The notes beneath the pieces were generated by a model. It did no database searches. It was not told the origin of the DNA and saw nothing but the letters and a program-made list of their open reading frames with translations. Below are positions 38,083 through 51,918 of a DNA stretch of 64,000 nucleotides, one piece after another. The DNA comes from Vermamoeba vermiformis (lineage: Eukaryota): the NCBI GenBank assembly GCA_045837725.1, contig JBEWZL010000239.1:1-64000 (forward strand). The letters are read 5' to 3'. Each line of letters starts with the position of its first letter. The first letter of the stretch is position 1. The translations under genes were made by a program, and so were the position numbers.

Positions 38083-39893
38083 ATGTTCGGACAAGTTGTA
38101 ATAGGTCCTCCTGGCTCCGGTAAAACGACTTACTGCAACGGAATGTCGCAGTTTATGAAGGCGATCGGAAGGCAAGGAAAAGTCACTAACTTTTATGTAC
38201 AATAATATAATTAGTGCTATATTAGTGAAAATAATGTAATTTGATTATTTTATTCATACTTTGTATTTTTAGAAAGGTGGCAGTAGTAAACTTGGATCCG
38301 GCAAACGATCAAGTGCCTTATGAATGCGCCATTAATATCCACGATTTAATATCATTATCCGATGTAATGGAAGAATTTGGATTAGGCCCTAATGGAGGTA
38401 ACAGGCGCCACCATAATTTTTTTTACTTCATAAAAGTTATTTTTATTAATGTTAATCGTCTATCTCTAGCTAATATACTACAATTTTAGGCTTAATGTAT
38501 TGTGTAGAATATTTAGAAAAAAATCAGGACTGGCTATTTGAACAGCTGAAAGAATTTAAAGGTACGTGTCAAGATCCAGATCACATGATGTAATAGGCAT
38601 TACTACGCATTTGCAAATGTTTTTCAATTGATATATTACTCATACGTAATTATTTAGACCATTATTTGTTATTTGACTGCCCCGGTCAAGTCGAATTGTA
38701 CACGCACCATGACAGCATGAAAAACATCGTTCAGGAGCTTACCAAAAAGAATTATAGAGTAAGTTGATATGTAACAATAATGTGGTTGCCTAGTATATTA
38801 GATTAGCGAATTTATATTGGCATTTTGAATCATTTCAAATTCGAGTTTGTACGCCAAAACTGCTGGTCAAGAATAGTTCTACTTGCCCAGTATTTCCAAC
38901 TTATTTAATTTTCAAAGTTGTAAAAACTCATAGTAGACGCGTAAAATTTGCAACTTGTATCCGTTACAGGACTAACATGGTTTTAAATTTAGCTATCATC
39001 AGTACATTTTGTGGATTCGTTCTACTGCAGTTCACCCTCAAATTACATCTCATCAGTCCTTCTCTCATTATCAACAATGCTACAATTAGAATTACCTCAC
39101 GTAAACGTGTTATCAAAAATAGATTTGGTAGAAAAATATGGAAAATTAGGCAAGTCCCGTGGATCGGGATTTTACAAGTTCAGAAATTCATTACTAATTT
39201 TGCTATTTTAGATTTTAATTTGGAATATTACGCCGACGTGCTAGACTTGAAATATATTCAAAAAGCTTTAAAAAAGGTAAGCGTTGGTGTCCCAGCCAGA
39301 TGCACACAAACACTCCCGCGCGTAGTATTAATGTGTACCGTTACTTCAGGAAAATTTTTCTCCAAAGTTTGCTAAGCTATCAAAAATATTATGCGAAGTC
39401 ATTGAAGACTTCGGTTTAGTCGCATTTGCAACACTGAACATAAATGTAAGTCAGTTCAAAAACACAATTATTAATCGTACACACGCTCACTGTAGACAAA
39501 TCTAGTAATAATGCAGATTGTTATTGAACGGTCTAAATAATATACTAAATAATTGGTGGAGTGAGCGGTTAATTAACGTGGATCCGCTAACTGACACTCG
39601 GTTTGTAGGATAAAGACAGCGTGTACAAGTTGCTCAAAACAATCGACAAGAGCAATGGATATATTTACGGCTCGCTAGACAAAGTCGATCAAATGGCACA
39701 AGTAGCCACTGAAGACATTGATTTTGAATACTTTCGATCCATGGCCGTGCAAGAGAGGTACATGGACGATGAAGACGATTGGGACGACGTGCTCGTAGGA
39801 GAGGATGAGCAAGACAAGGAACACGACACGAATGAAGTCGATGAAATGGAGGTGGATCGAGAAGCGAATTTAAAAATGACTGATGTGGACTAA
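38083..39893 (+). CDS. GPN2: GPN-loop GTPase 2
   Basis: [58 protein letters not shown]. Confidence 0.93.
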
Positions 39894-40306
39894 AATAAAA
39901 GGTAACTTGATATGTGTATCCCCTTATCATGGAAGTAATGCGGAGCGATATCCGTTGAAATTTGGAGCCCCTTCGTCCAATTTGGCGGCGCCGGATGCGG
40001 CCGGCGGAACAAATCAAACCGAATATTGCGTCTATAGAATTTGCGTCGGCTAAACATAAGAAAATTGATTAGCGGTAGCACTGCTATAACTTTATAGCCT
40101 ATAAGTGTCATTTTTTACATCATTACTGAGTTTTTTCTAAATTTAGAAATTACATAAAGATAAAATTTCGCGGGCTTGTGACTTCCGTTGCGAGGTTTTG
40201 TTCATTTCATTAATTTAGTTGTCATAGAGACAACATATCTATGTACATATCAAATTTGTAATTATATTGTAGCTTTGTAAATTATTTATTCTCGCAAAGC
40301 AATTGA

Positions 40307-43300
40307 ATGGAGAGATCAGACAAGGTCAAAAACTCTAACAATAATAATAAGAACGATAATAACGTGAATAAATCACAAAATAGTCAACCATTTGCGTCAC
40401 CAATGGAGAAGGTCAAAGCAAATCTGCAACTTGTCATAGACAGCAGCTTGAATTCCCTTCCAGATGAAGACTCGGCGTCCAGCGATTCATCTAGAGATCG
40501 CAAAACACAGCTCGATGCTATGAGCAAAGTTTATTCTCGTTTCGCATCTGATCACCACTTGCCAGCCTCGACGGCGTCATCTTCAAAAAGTTACGCGGAA
40601 GACGACGAGCATTACAAAAAAGCTAAGCATTGGATGCGCTCGCGCTCATTTGATATTTCATCGAGGAACTTAATGCAGAAATATCAATTGACTCAGCCCG
40701 AGGTCGATGCTGATGAGTCGTCCCAAGAAAGTTCGAAATTACCTTCAATCAAAGAAGATGATGCTATTAATAAGGACGAAGATTCGATGAGTGGTGTCAG
40801 CGAAGAGATATCTTGGCAGGACATGCTCTCAAAGGACCCAAAGAAGATCAAGTTTGAAAAAACAACCAAGACGAGTCCAAGAAGCCCTCGTTCAGTCTCT
40901 GTAATGATCAAGCCAACTGCGTCAAGCACTAACGCTACAATGAAGCCTTCCAAATCGCATCACGACACCATCTCAACAACGGAGCGCGCTCAATTGCGAT
41001 CCACAAGATCAAACGAGTTCCATGGCTTTTCTCGATCAAGAACCTCTTCAACTGGCGACGGTAGCTTATCCGATAGCTTTAGCAGCAGTAGCAAAGATGT
41101 CTCGCCTCGTCCACGAAGCAAATCCATCGCTGTTGGCTCGGTACTCTCGCCTAGGGGAACGCTTCTGATGCAGAAGAAAAGCGAGCCTAACTTGCTCGTC
41201 AAAGGACCGCTTGTCACCGTGCAAGAGAAGGAGCGCAAACTGAAGCGAAGTGATTCAGAGCCATATTTATACTCGTGGGAATACGGAAACATTGAAGCAG
41301 ATCTTTACATTCCCAAAATCGGCTCCATCAATTATTACTTGGCTCAACTATGGAGAAAGAAAGACAATGTTTTATATCAACGCGTTAAAGAGCGCAAATT
41401 GAGACCTTCAGTGAGCGCCAGATTCGGTTTGAAGTAAGTGACACTTTCAAATGATTAATTAATTCCTAATTAAAATTATTGCGGTTATTTATAGCACTAA
41501 TATACTGAAATACACGTCATTTGTTCGATATAAATTCGTATAAGCGAATTGAATAGGAAAAATATCTGTCCCGCTAACCGGCAATAGTTATAAAACGATT
41601 AAATCGTCTATATTTGTTAAGTCATACTAATAGTATATTCATTTAAGGATTGGAGACGAAGAGTTCTCATTAAGATCGTCGACAGAATCATCGGCTGAAG
41701 AGGATGTGGTTTTCAAAGACGAACAAAACAGATCCGTGATCTCAGCAACCCGATCAAAATTATTGCAATTATTAATTGACAGTCAAATAGCTGGTAAGTG
41801 CATTAAGATTGATTCCATATATTCGGCAATTGAATAGCACGGTGATGTATGACGCGTGTCAACACGTCAAATCGAGCCGAATACTGCAATTGAATCGTAT
41901 TCCAAGGCTTAGTTTATATCAGTATTTTTAATTGCCTTTTTTGAGTGTAATTTTAATTGTTTCGCTGGCTAACGTGACTCGTTTTTGGCAGACTCCGATT
42001 TTATTGAAACAGTTTTATCGAGTCATATATTATGGACAACCTCAGCTGATGTATTGGGCTCACTACTCAAATTGTAAGTAATTAATTTGCATCATAAATT
42101 AATTAATCTCGACGACAAATGTGATTTTAGAGTTCAACATCATTGACTAATATGGGCAGCCCCTAATTTATAATTATTTTAATATAGCTTTGACGAGCCA
42201 TTCAAATATTATGTGCCAGAAAACCCGTCGAAACTTAGCGAGGCCGAGAAACAAAAAGCTAAAAATATCATTCAGTTCAGGTACCTACAAAAAAATCCTA
42301 AAAATATACCGAGTAGTCTATAATACATATTATACTATTAGAGTAATTATCGTGATGAAGAAATGGCTCAAAATGTCGCACCACGATATTGCCAGAAGCC
42401 AAGCATTGACGCAACAGTTCCTCGGTTTTATCGACAGATTGACCAAAGACGAGTCCGCCAAAGCAATGGCTGAGATTATGAGCGCTGCTTGGGATGAAGC
42501 AGGCAAAAAGGTAATAATCTTATTTAAAATTAATTTTCGTGTTGCGGCTGACTTTCTTTTTTAGGCCAATAAAATTCATGCCAACGTGTACGACTATGAA
42601 CATAATTCTAGTGTCGCCAGTTTGTACTCCCCGGTGATGCCTCGTCAAGTAGGAGACAGAAATATTGAAATTTAATCTCGAATGAGTACCTCATTTAATC
42701 CTAAATATTTAGACTGATTACAAAAAATGGAACTTTGTCGAGCTATCAATGAAAGAATTATCGCGCCAATTGACAGTTTGCTACCACATGTTGACTTTGA
42801 GAGTAACACGCGATGATTTATTCAACGCTATTAAATCCAAGCCTGAAGTCAACAATCCAGTAGTTATATTATCTTCATTTTCAAAACGAGTACGTGGTAT
42901 ATTCTACGTTTTATCGTGAATGACAGGCAATTAATTATTGAAATTTTTAGGTAACGAACTGGGTCAAGTCTGAAGTACTTTTGACACCTAACATTAAGAA
43001 ACAACAAAGCATCGTTCTCAACAAGCTAGTGCAGCTGTTGTTGGTAAGCGATATTCAACTCTATCTGTGCCTTTCAATCGCTCACAAGACTGCAGAAATT
43101 GTTGGACTTGAACAACTTCCACGGTGCGATGGACATCTTTTTGGGCCTACAAGACTTGCACATTGACGCACTGAAGAAAACTTGGAGTGTAAGCACCTAA
43201 TATAATGTTTATAGTACTTTTAACATCAAGATAATCAAGTACCAAGGGCAATTTTTGTTGACAGTTTGACACGTGTCATCAGGTCCGTACCGATATTAAT

Positions 43301-44162
43301 TTTTCGTAACAGAACGTGGACAAAGCACACCGCGAGAAGTACAACACAGTGCTGCACGAGCTGTTTAATCCGCGCTCTAACTGGAGCAATCTCCGTGCCA
43401 GAATTCAAGCTGCTGACACGCCCTTGATCACACCATTCAATCTCATTCTGCACGACTTGGCTATGATGAGCGAACACGACACTTATCAAGATCAACAAGA
43501 AAAATTCGTACGTAGTCTATTGATGCTATATGAATCGATACTAATTGACGCTGGTTGGCAGATCAACTTCGAGAAGATGAAATCTTTGGCAGATATTTTG
43601 AAGAACTTTGAGAGAGGCCAACATGATCTCTATCCATTCCAGCCTATCCCATCGTATCAGGTACGATAACATTGAATATTAATTTTATTCTTAACGAAGA
43701 TAAATTTTGGAGATTGTCAATAAAAGTAACTGACCAATGTACTGTTTATAGTCATGGTTCAAAGAAGGTTTAGTGTCCTTAGACGACGCACAAATTACGA
43801 CTGAAATAGTCAAGCGTACTGGCGAAACAAGTCCTCGCGGGCCTGCTGCTTCATTGCAACGCATCTCTTCCAGAAAATCTCTTACGCTAGTCTTCAAGCG
43901 TAAAAAGAGCTCAAATAAGATCTCGGACAAAAAAATCAACAGCAGCAGTAGTATGATGATTTCTCCGACAAGCACTCCTAAAGAAAAAGAGAAAGAACCG
44001 ACATCCGCGCCGCTGGCCACTCCTAGCCTCGGAACAACACCTAAAGTCGGTTCAGCTTCGGCACCAGGTAGTGCAAGTGTACCGCGTAAGATCTCTCCGT
44101 TAGCTTTCTCGACATCTGCTGCCTCCCCGACGTTGCCTGCCAAACACAGCGATAAAAAATAA
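40307..44162 (+). CDS. Ras guanine nucleotide exchange factor (REM + CDC25 domain)
   Basis: SATRSKLLQLL, RVIIVMKKWL, ELSRQLT, VTNWVKSEVL, LNNFHGAMDIFLGL, NWSNLR, INFEKM; Ser-rich N-terminus. Confidence 0.9.
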
Positions 44163-44526
44163 TTTTGACTTGTATTGTATTTACGCGTGTAAAGCGATTT
44201 GTACAAAAGTTAAATAATAGATTGCAGCACTTCTGTAGTTTACTCGCGTACAGGTTCGCAATCAGCTGACGCAGACGAAGACCTGGATCCTGGCGAAGCA
44301 TGTCAGAATGCTTGACAACCGCAACCTTCCATCTGATATTCTTGAGGATAAAAATCGACCTTTCGTCGGAAATATCGCGGCCTATTGTAGAAGGCCAGAA
44401 CGACAGCTGTGTTCGGATATTTACTTTTCTTTCGACTTTTCTTGCGCAGAATAAAAAGGCGATGTCAAATGAGAACTTTTATTGTTAAACCTGCTTAGAT
44501 AGAGAATAACATAAGCCAGTTGCACT

Positions 44527-46486
44527 ATGGAACATAGCAAGAAGACTATTGCCGTTACTGCGATTGGATCGTGGGGAGATGTGCTTCCGTATGTCGTCTT
44601 AGCCGAAGATTTGCATAAGAAAGGATATCACGTCATTGTTGGTGCTGCTAAGCGATATGAAGATCAGATATTAAAGCGAGGTACGTTAATTTTAAAGCGT
44701 AATTCGAATCCATGAATTCTAAACGGACGTTATTAATCAGATAATTTTACATAATATTTTTAAAGTATTATTTTTATTGGAAGTGAATGTAACCCTCATC
44801 CAACGGCTAATTTCGAAATCGGATCCTCAAAAAAATCTGTCTAATTTCGTTTATAGGCGTCGAATTCCTTGATATTCCGGGCGATATGGAGTGGAGTTTA
44901 GCAAACACACCTGAAGGTCGAGAAATGGCTCGTAATCCTTCAATTTTCAAGCTTGGTGCGATGAAGGCAAGATCCGTTCAAACTGAATAACTACGATGCT
45001 AACAGCGTTATAAAATAGAAATTTATGTATCCCATGATGGAATCGTGGTTCAAAGGGGTCGCTGAATTAGCAAAGAAAGCGGATGTGCTCGTCTTGGCCA
45101 CAACTTCTTTATTAGCAGGCTTTAGTACCGTAAGGCATTTATACCTATTATTCTTATAATACTAACCTTTTATTCCCTAGTTGGAAGCGTTTCCTAATTT
45201 GAAATCGATCGTTATTTACATGCAGCCCAACACGCCCTCACAATATTACGCACCTCCCGCCTTGAGCGGCGAATCGACCAGTTGGTTCAATTGGATTAAC
45301 AGCGCTAAGGTACATCATGCACTATAATTAATAATGCAATATCACCCCGCGTTCGAGCCCAACTTTTCACCTCGGTTATACATAGACATTGATATTAACG
45401 TATTATACGTGCAGTGGAAGATGATGTACTCGGGAGCTTGGTCAATGTGGAAGGACAAAATCAACGAGTTGAGAAAGACCGAGTTGAATTTACCGCCCGT
45501 AAAAGACGGGTTCATGGACCACTTTAACAAGTTGCAGAACAAACCTAAATTCACTTTGACTGCTTATAGCAATCATTTATTTGACAGACCGGCAGACTGG
45601 TATGAAAAATCTCCAATATTAAATCGTTGCTTACTGACACGTGTCACCTGCTAGGCCTGAAACTGAAGTCATTATCGGCCCCATTTGTCAAACTACAGAC
45701 GATACTTTTGAACCACCGAAGGACGTCGTAAGTCATTGTTATGCCCGCCGAATATTACGACCGCTTATTAGCCGTGTAGAATGTTGGCTAACGTGTCACA
45801 TTTTGACAGGTGTCATTCTTGGAATCGGGCGAGGCACCTGTATACATCGGCATGGGCAGCATGATGAATTGCATGTTCGATGAGCCAGAACAACACAAAT
45901 TCGCTAAAATGTGGGTCGACGGTATAAACCAGCTCAAAAAACGTGCTATTATTGCGTTGACTGGCTTTGCTGAGGCTGACAAATTCATCGCATCCATTCC
46001 AAAGCAGGAAAACATTTTCTTCTTGAAACAAAGTACGTACTAGAGGTACCAATACGTATACACATGCAAGGACTAATATCACTACTTAGACATCCCTCAC
46101 TCGTGGTTGTTCCCTAAATGTTGTGCCGCTGTTCATCACGGCGGTGCTGGCACGACGCACAGTGCCTTGTTGTACGGTCTGCCGTCATTTATCGTACGTA
46201 TATATTGCTTTGAAATGTGTGTCAGTTTGATCTAATAGGCAACTTCTCTTCATAGATGCCAGTCGGAGCTGATCAGCCCTTCAACGGAGATTTGGTCTAC
46301 CGCAAGAAGTTGGGTCCTGAACCAGTAAAAATTCGCAATTTGAACACGAAGAAGTTCGTTCAAGCATTGCAAGTGTTGTTTGATCCAGTCATTGTGAAGA
46401 ATGCCAAAGAATTCGGTGAAAAAGTACGCCAAGAACGAGGTCTGGCTGAAGCATCCAGATTTGTCTCAGATCTGGCCGACAATTAA
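44527..46486 (+). CDS. Sterol 3-beta-glucosyltransferase-like GT1 glycosyltransferase
   Basis: [37 protein letters not shown]...[17 protein letters not shown]. Confidence 0.92.
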
Positions 46487-46519
46487 ATCTTATTTTTCAT
46501 CGATACACCTAAACAACCT

Positions 46520-49500
46520 TTAATTCTGCTTAATTACTAGCAAAGGCTTAGCATCAGTTACTAAAGCTTCTATTCCTCCGTTTAAAACGCTCACATGAGG
46601 TATATTGGCTTGCACTAGCTCGTTAGCAAACTATCGAATGAATCTGGTGAGATCGAGTTACATAAGTTTTATAGTTTGTACTTACTTGTATTGCTACTGT
46701 GTTATTATTGCCGCGATCCACAACGACTATGTGATCTTTGAATGTGGATAAGAACTGTACCAGTTTCGGCATTGATTTTTGTTTCTTTTTCAGATCGAAC
46801 TTGAGCGAATCTGGCCAAAACACTCTTTCGCTCCTAACTTTGTATTAGCATGTGACCATATACTAAATGATGCCTATTGTCGCTACATACTCTTCAGGGC
46901 CTCGTATATCCAATACGGCGAATTTAAATTGACCGCCAACTAGATCTGTCACAGCGACACGCGGTGAAAGTTGAGTGGCCAATGTGTCCACTGGAATGCG
47001 TTGTTCCCACCACCTCTTGCTAGGTTTCTAAATAACAATGTATCAGTAACATTATTTCTATCGCATGAACTCAACGGCATAGCTCCGATATCGAAGTCGG
47101 ATCTACTGTTGGTGACACTTACTGAGTTCTCATTGAGCGTTGTGACACTCGGCGGCGTGACATTCATGATCTCCTTGGCGTCCTTCAAACACTCCTCGAT
47201 GTTCACGGCAGGCAAGCTCGAGAATAAATGAATGCACGCATTGAAATCTAGCGGCATCAAAAAGTCTTTCAACTGACGCATGATGGCACACGCGATAAAC
47301 AACGAAAATGACGGTGGCGACAGTAACAACGTATCCCAAATATGGAATATTTCATCCAACGAGAAAATATCTGCCATAAGGTGAGTACTTTCATATGGAT
47401 AAAAAATGTTCTACGTACGAGTGAATAGGGTCAAGAACCAAGGAATGGCGTACAATTCAGGCTTGAATCCAATGTCATTGAGATGATTGGCGAGGATTGG
47501 ATCGTGATAGGCCAAGATTTGTTGAAACAAGACGAGTCGTTCTTGCAGGTTGGAGTTGTTGACCTCGTCTTTGTGCAGCAGTACGTTGTGCAAGAACTTA
47601 TCTACCACGCGCTGCAAACACCAAAACGCCCTGGCCTCGTCGTTGAAATTCAAGACGACGAACGGAGCCAACAACGAGTCCACTCCTATGACAATTATTA
47701 TGAGCTGAAGTGCCACCCTTTAATTTGAAGGATTCATTGATGTGAATAATATCCCCCGAGATTTTACACTCACATAATAAATCTAATTTATGTGAGCAAG
47801 CCAACCAACCAGGGTCTAAATAATTTTTGAATGTGAACTTGTTTTTGTGCGTACCTTGCCAATAAGCATAATCAGGGTTGTATTTGACCCACGCTTTCAA
47901 AATTCGCTTCAACTTTCTGTGCCCCGCTGATGAGCTCAATGCTGGGTTGTATTGATGACAGCGCGGCACATCCAAGTCAATTTGTCTGTCGTGAATGCCT
48001 TCACTCTCTTTGTCAATCTCTTCGTACTTCTTCTTGTACTCCTCGGGACTGCAGTTCACGCGTTAGTACTCAGCGAATGATTCATATTTAACCGCGCCTT
48101 ACTTTGTCACACCAAGTGCCAAGGCCCAAATGTCCGCACGAAGCACGGGTGGAACATCTTTCTAAATTAGGAACAAGTTAATATGATAGCACGACTAATA
48201 TGGCAATACGTACCTCAGCTTCGACAATGGCTTGCCTCCAACTGCGTGGTCGAGCGATCAATCCACGGAGTTTTGCGACTCTGTTTTGTTGGTAGATCCA
48301 CGACTTTTCTCGCTCCGTCAACGACATCGTAGTACTATTCAATAGTATTAATAATTAGTTGCCGATATCTATTTCAATATACTATTAGTGCCCCGTATCT
48401 CAACATTCACCTCTAAAATTTTTTAATATCACCCTTACTGTTATGGTATTGGGTGTTATTTATTATGATTAACTATATCAGGGCTTGCCAGATTTTTTGG
48501 TTTGTTCGGTGAAAAAGTAACCGTTACAAACCATCAAACTTTTCCCGCTCGATCCAGCCAGTTTTTTTGCTTAGTCCGGATATCTCAACAAATCGCTTCG
48601 CTGAGTTCGGACAAGCAAACAGAAACAGCTGCTCGTGCACTTTACATGTTTAATTATATATTTGATATTTCCATGGCTACTTGAGGTTGCTGTGACGAGT
48701 TACAGGTTTGGTCGTCTGTGACCCAAATCTGCAATCCGCCATTGCAAGCAATCAGTCAGCCACTTACAACCACCTGGCTTATAGTAATAATTATATAATA
48801 ATTATCCAAGCACTACCAAATTTGTTAGTGCCTGTCGAGGCGCGGTAGAAACGCTTGGATCAAAAATTTGGCCGAGAAATGTACGGGCCAAGTAGGCTTT
48901 AAAAATGTTGAGAAAATGGGTCCGCCGAGATACGGGGCATTCGTAGTACTTGCCTATCAACTTGTTTGGGCTTGGATGAGCCTTCAATTTTACTTCGCAA
49001 AGCAGCGAATGACACGGACAAGATTTTGTCCCAGTACAGCATTGAAGTGTCACGTGGCTGTTGGAACATGAAGGTCGCTTCTGATTGGGTCTCGTCGCGC
49101 AGTTGAACGAAGACTGGCAGTCTCATGACCGGCGGTGGGATTTTGTATTCCTAAACGACACGGTTAGAGCACTGTCGATCGAAAATGACAGGTGTCAAAA
49201 ATTTTCTCGAATTACTTACAGGACTCAATAATTCCGTCTCAATATCTCCGCCTGTCAATAGCCAAAAGTGGAACAAATCTTCGACTGAAAATCCTTGACT
49301 TTCTGTTGACTGTGGCTCTTTGTCCTTTTCGTCGTTTTTGTCTTGCTCGTCCTTATTATCGAGCAATATGGATCGTTGATAAGGCGTTAGTGAATCAAAA
49401 TTATCATCGTCTGGAATCAGGGAGCATTTCAAGAAGGGTTTGATGGCCCAAAATGATCGCTTCTTTTTGTTGTCAGCCTCCAGCAAGACACTAAAACATG

Positions 49501-51040
49501 CATTAATAATGTGCTAGTCATTGAATTGAATATATTTACCTGAAGTAAGGATGTTGAAGAAGTTCTTGAGGCTCAGGTCGTTCTGTCGGATCCGCAGTCA
49601 AGCAGTAGGTCAAAATCTCCTTGAATTCATCGCTAAACTTAGTAAAAGGTTTCTTATTGAGCCATTCAGATAACGTTTGAGATCGTTTCCTATTCAACTC
49701 TGCATATCTCGACTGTCGCTCATCAAAAGTCCATTTCGCCCTGTCATGCTTATGCACTGAATTAAATATCAGAGCTCCAATAGCACTTTCTTTTTGTTTG
49801 ATAAGTTCGAGATCACTTTGTTGCAGATCAGCTGTTTTTTGAACTTCCAACGCGACATCAATATCGTGACCACAAAATTTCAAAATCTACCGTTGAGTTA
49901 GTAACGCCACTTTAATAGTAAATATATATACCTTCAATAGCGTTTCATAGGCAGGGTTTTTGTTAGAATTGTTTTTCATGTTCACTGAAATGAGATCCCA
50001 AGGCACGTGACCCAGCACGAGGTGCAACAAAAGTACACCAAGACTCCACGTGTCAACTTTGAACGAGTCCGACACTGTTGTGGGTGTGATGAAGGCGATG
50101 CCTCGTGCAATACTCTCGGGTGCCAAGTACGTCGGATTACTACGAGATGAGATTAGTCGTGTCAAACACACGTGTCAAAATAGATTTACCCGATCGGAAA
50201 TGGCACCAAAGATCCTGCTTCAGTCATGGAGTATAATCCATAGTCTGCTAGTTTAATCTCATCCTATAATTGCATCGTTAATCAATACAGGGCTGTCATT
50301 GTCTTGGGTGCCGTACCTTTTCATCGAATAAAATATTGTCCAAGTTGATGTTACGATGAATAATATTGTGTTCGTTCAAGTACGTGATTGATTTTAACAA
50401 TGTAAATGCCATTTGTTGCAATTCTCGTTCTTCATATATTCTACAAGACGGAGATTAGCGTATCACGGTGAGAATTGCAAGCCTGTGATCTTACCCGCCT
50501 TGACTTTGCCTGCTGTGCAGATCCGTCAATAAATCCTTTGTGTAATGCTCTGAAACTATAAATAGCCGCTCTAAAGTAATAATTAGGCAATGCGGCATTA
50601 AGACATTTGTTATAATTGAAAGCATAGTCAGTATGATGACGTACCGTGTTTGCCCTTGACAATATCAATATATTTACATAAATTAGGATGAGACAGATCT
50701 TTTAAGGACTGAAATCGGCCGACGATGTGATTGGTGGGAATAACAACTTTCTTTGACGTAGGCTTGATGAAGGGCTTTGGTTTCTTCGCAAAAAATGTCT
50801 TAATGCCGACATTCATCTCAGACCTAAATATGAAACACTTAGTGCGACGAGCGAAAGATTAAGATCCGGAAAAATATTTAAAAAATGAAAAATTGAAAAT
50901 AATACCACTGCATACTAAAATAACTCTGAGTGCAAATTAGTGCATCATACAAATATTCAGATAAAATATTTTAATTTGATGAAAATTGAAGTAATCAATA
51001 GAAAGATTTTTCCATTTTACCTGTGTTGCGCCGCCATCAT
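46520..51040 (-). CDS. TBCK: TBC domain-containing kinase-like protein (kinase-like + TBC + rhodanese-like)
   Basis: VGRFQSLKDLSHPNLCKYID, PTYLAPE, QIDLDVPRCHQY, YWQGVDSL, PELYAIPWFLTLF, IWDTLL, LDIRG, VLNGGIEAL. Confidence 0.93.
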
Positions 51041-51189
51041 GTAAGTAATATCTAATATAATACAACTATATAATACACGTGTTAGTCTCGCACTCTTTCT
51101 TGTACAAATGACAAAACAAAATTTAATTCAAATTTGCATGGCAGCGTGATGCCCACACACGAACAAAATTCACATAATATAATATTTAT

Positions 51190-51844
51190 ATGAATAAAGA
51201 AGATCTACCGATAAGAAAATTATTTATATCGCATCTGTTCCAAGTGCTAGAACTAGACTCGCAAAGCAACGCTGGAAAGAAAACATTTTTATTTAATCAA
51301 GTGCCGTTTCATCGCGTATGGCTACAGGTAATTTAACTAAATAGTAATAGTACTAGGAATTTATTACGCGGTAAATAAAATTTTAATTAATTAATACAGC
51401 AACGATCCAATTTTTTTATCTCCGCATTTATTATTACAAATACCTTTGCATTAATCTTATCAATTATCTTGTAAATTTAGGGCATTATTTCCCGGGTCGA
51501 TAATCGGTTCGCAGAGCTGGATGACGGAACTGGAGCTGTCACGCTCGACATGATGGCTGTACAGAAGCGAGAGCTTGCATACATTCCCGGTAAATATCAC
51601 AAAATAATTAGTTGCTCAAAATTAATAGCAATTCAAATTTGGCGCGAATTCGATCTGGATCGACTGACAAGTTCCCACAGGAATGTATGTGATGATATCT
51701 GGCACGTTAAAATTTCAACCTGATGGCAAGCTATTAGTACTAGTAACAAAATATGTAAATATAAGCGACGAACCTAACAGAGAAACACTTTGGTATCTCG
51801 AAGTCATGGATGTACATAACAAGTTTTACAGTAAATTTACATGA
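51190..51844 (+). CDS. RMI2: RecQ-mediated genome instability protein 2 (OB fold), 3 exons; absent from the ORF track
   Basis: Manual splice: PIRKLFI...RVWLQGII...LDDGTG...GMYVMISG...KYVNISDEPNRETLWYLEVMD. Confidence 0.8.
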
Positions 51845-51918
51845 CACTATCAGCGAACGCAAATATATTAAACCAACCAAACACCACGGAAGCAGTAGCA
51901 ACAAAAAAAAGGTGACGT

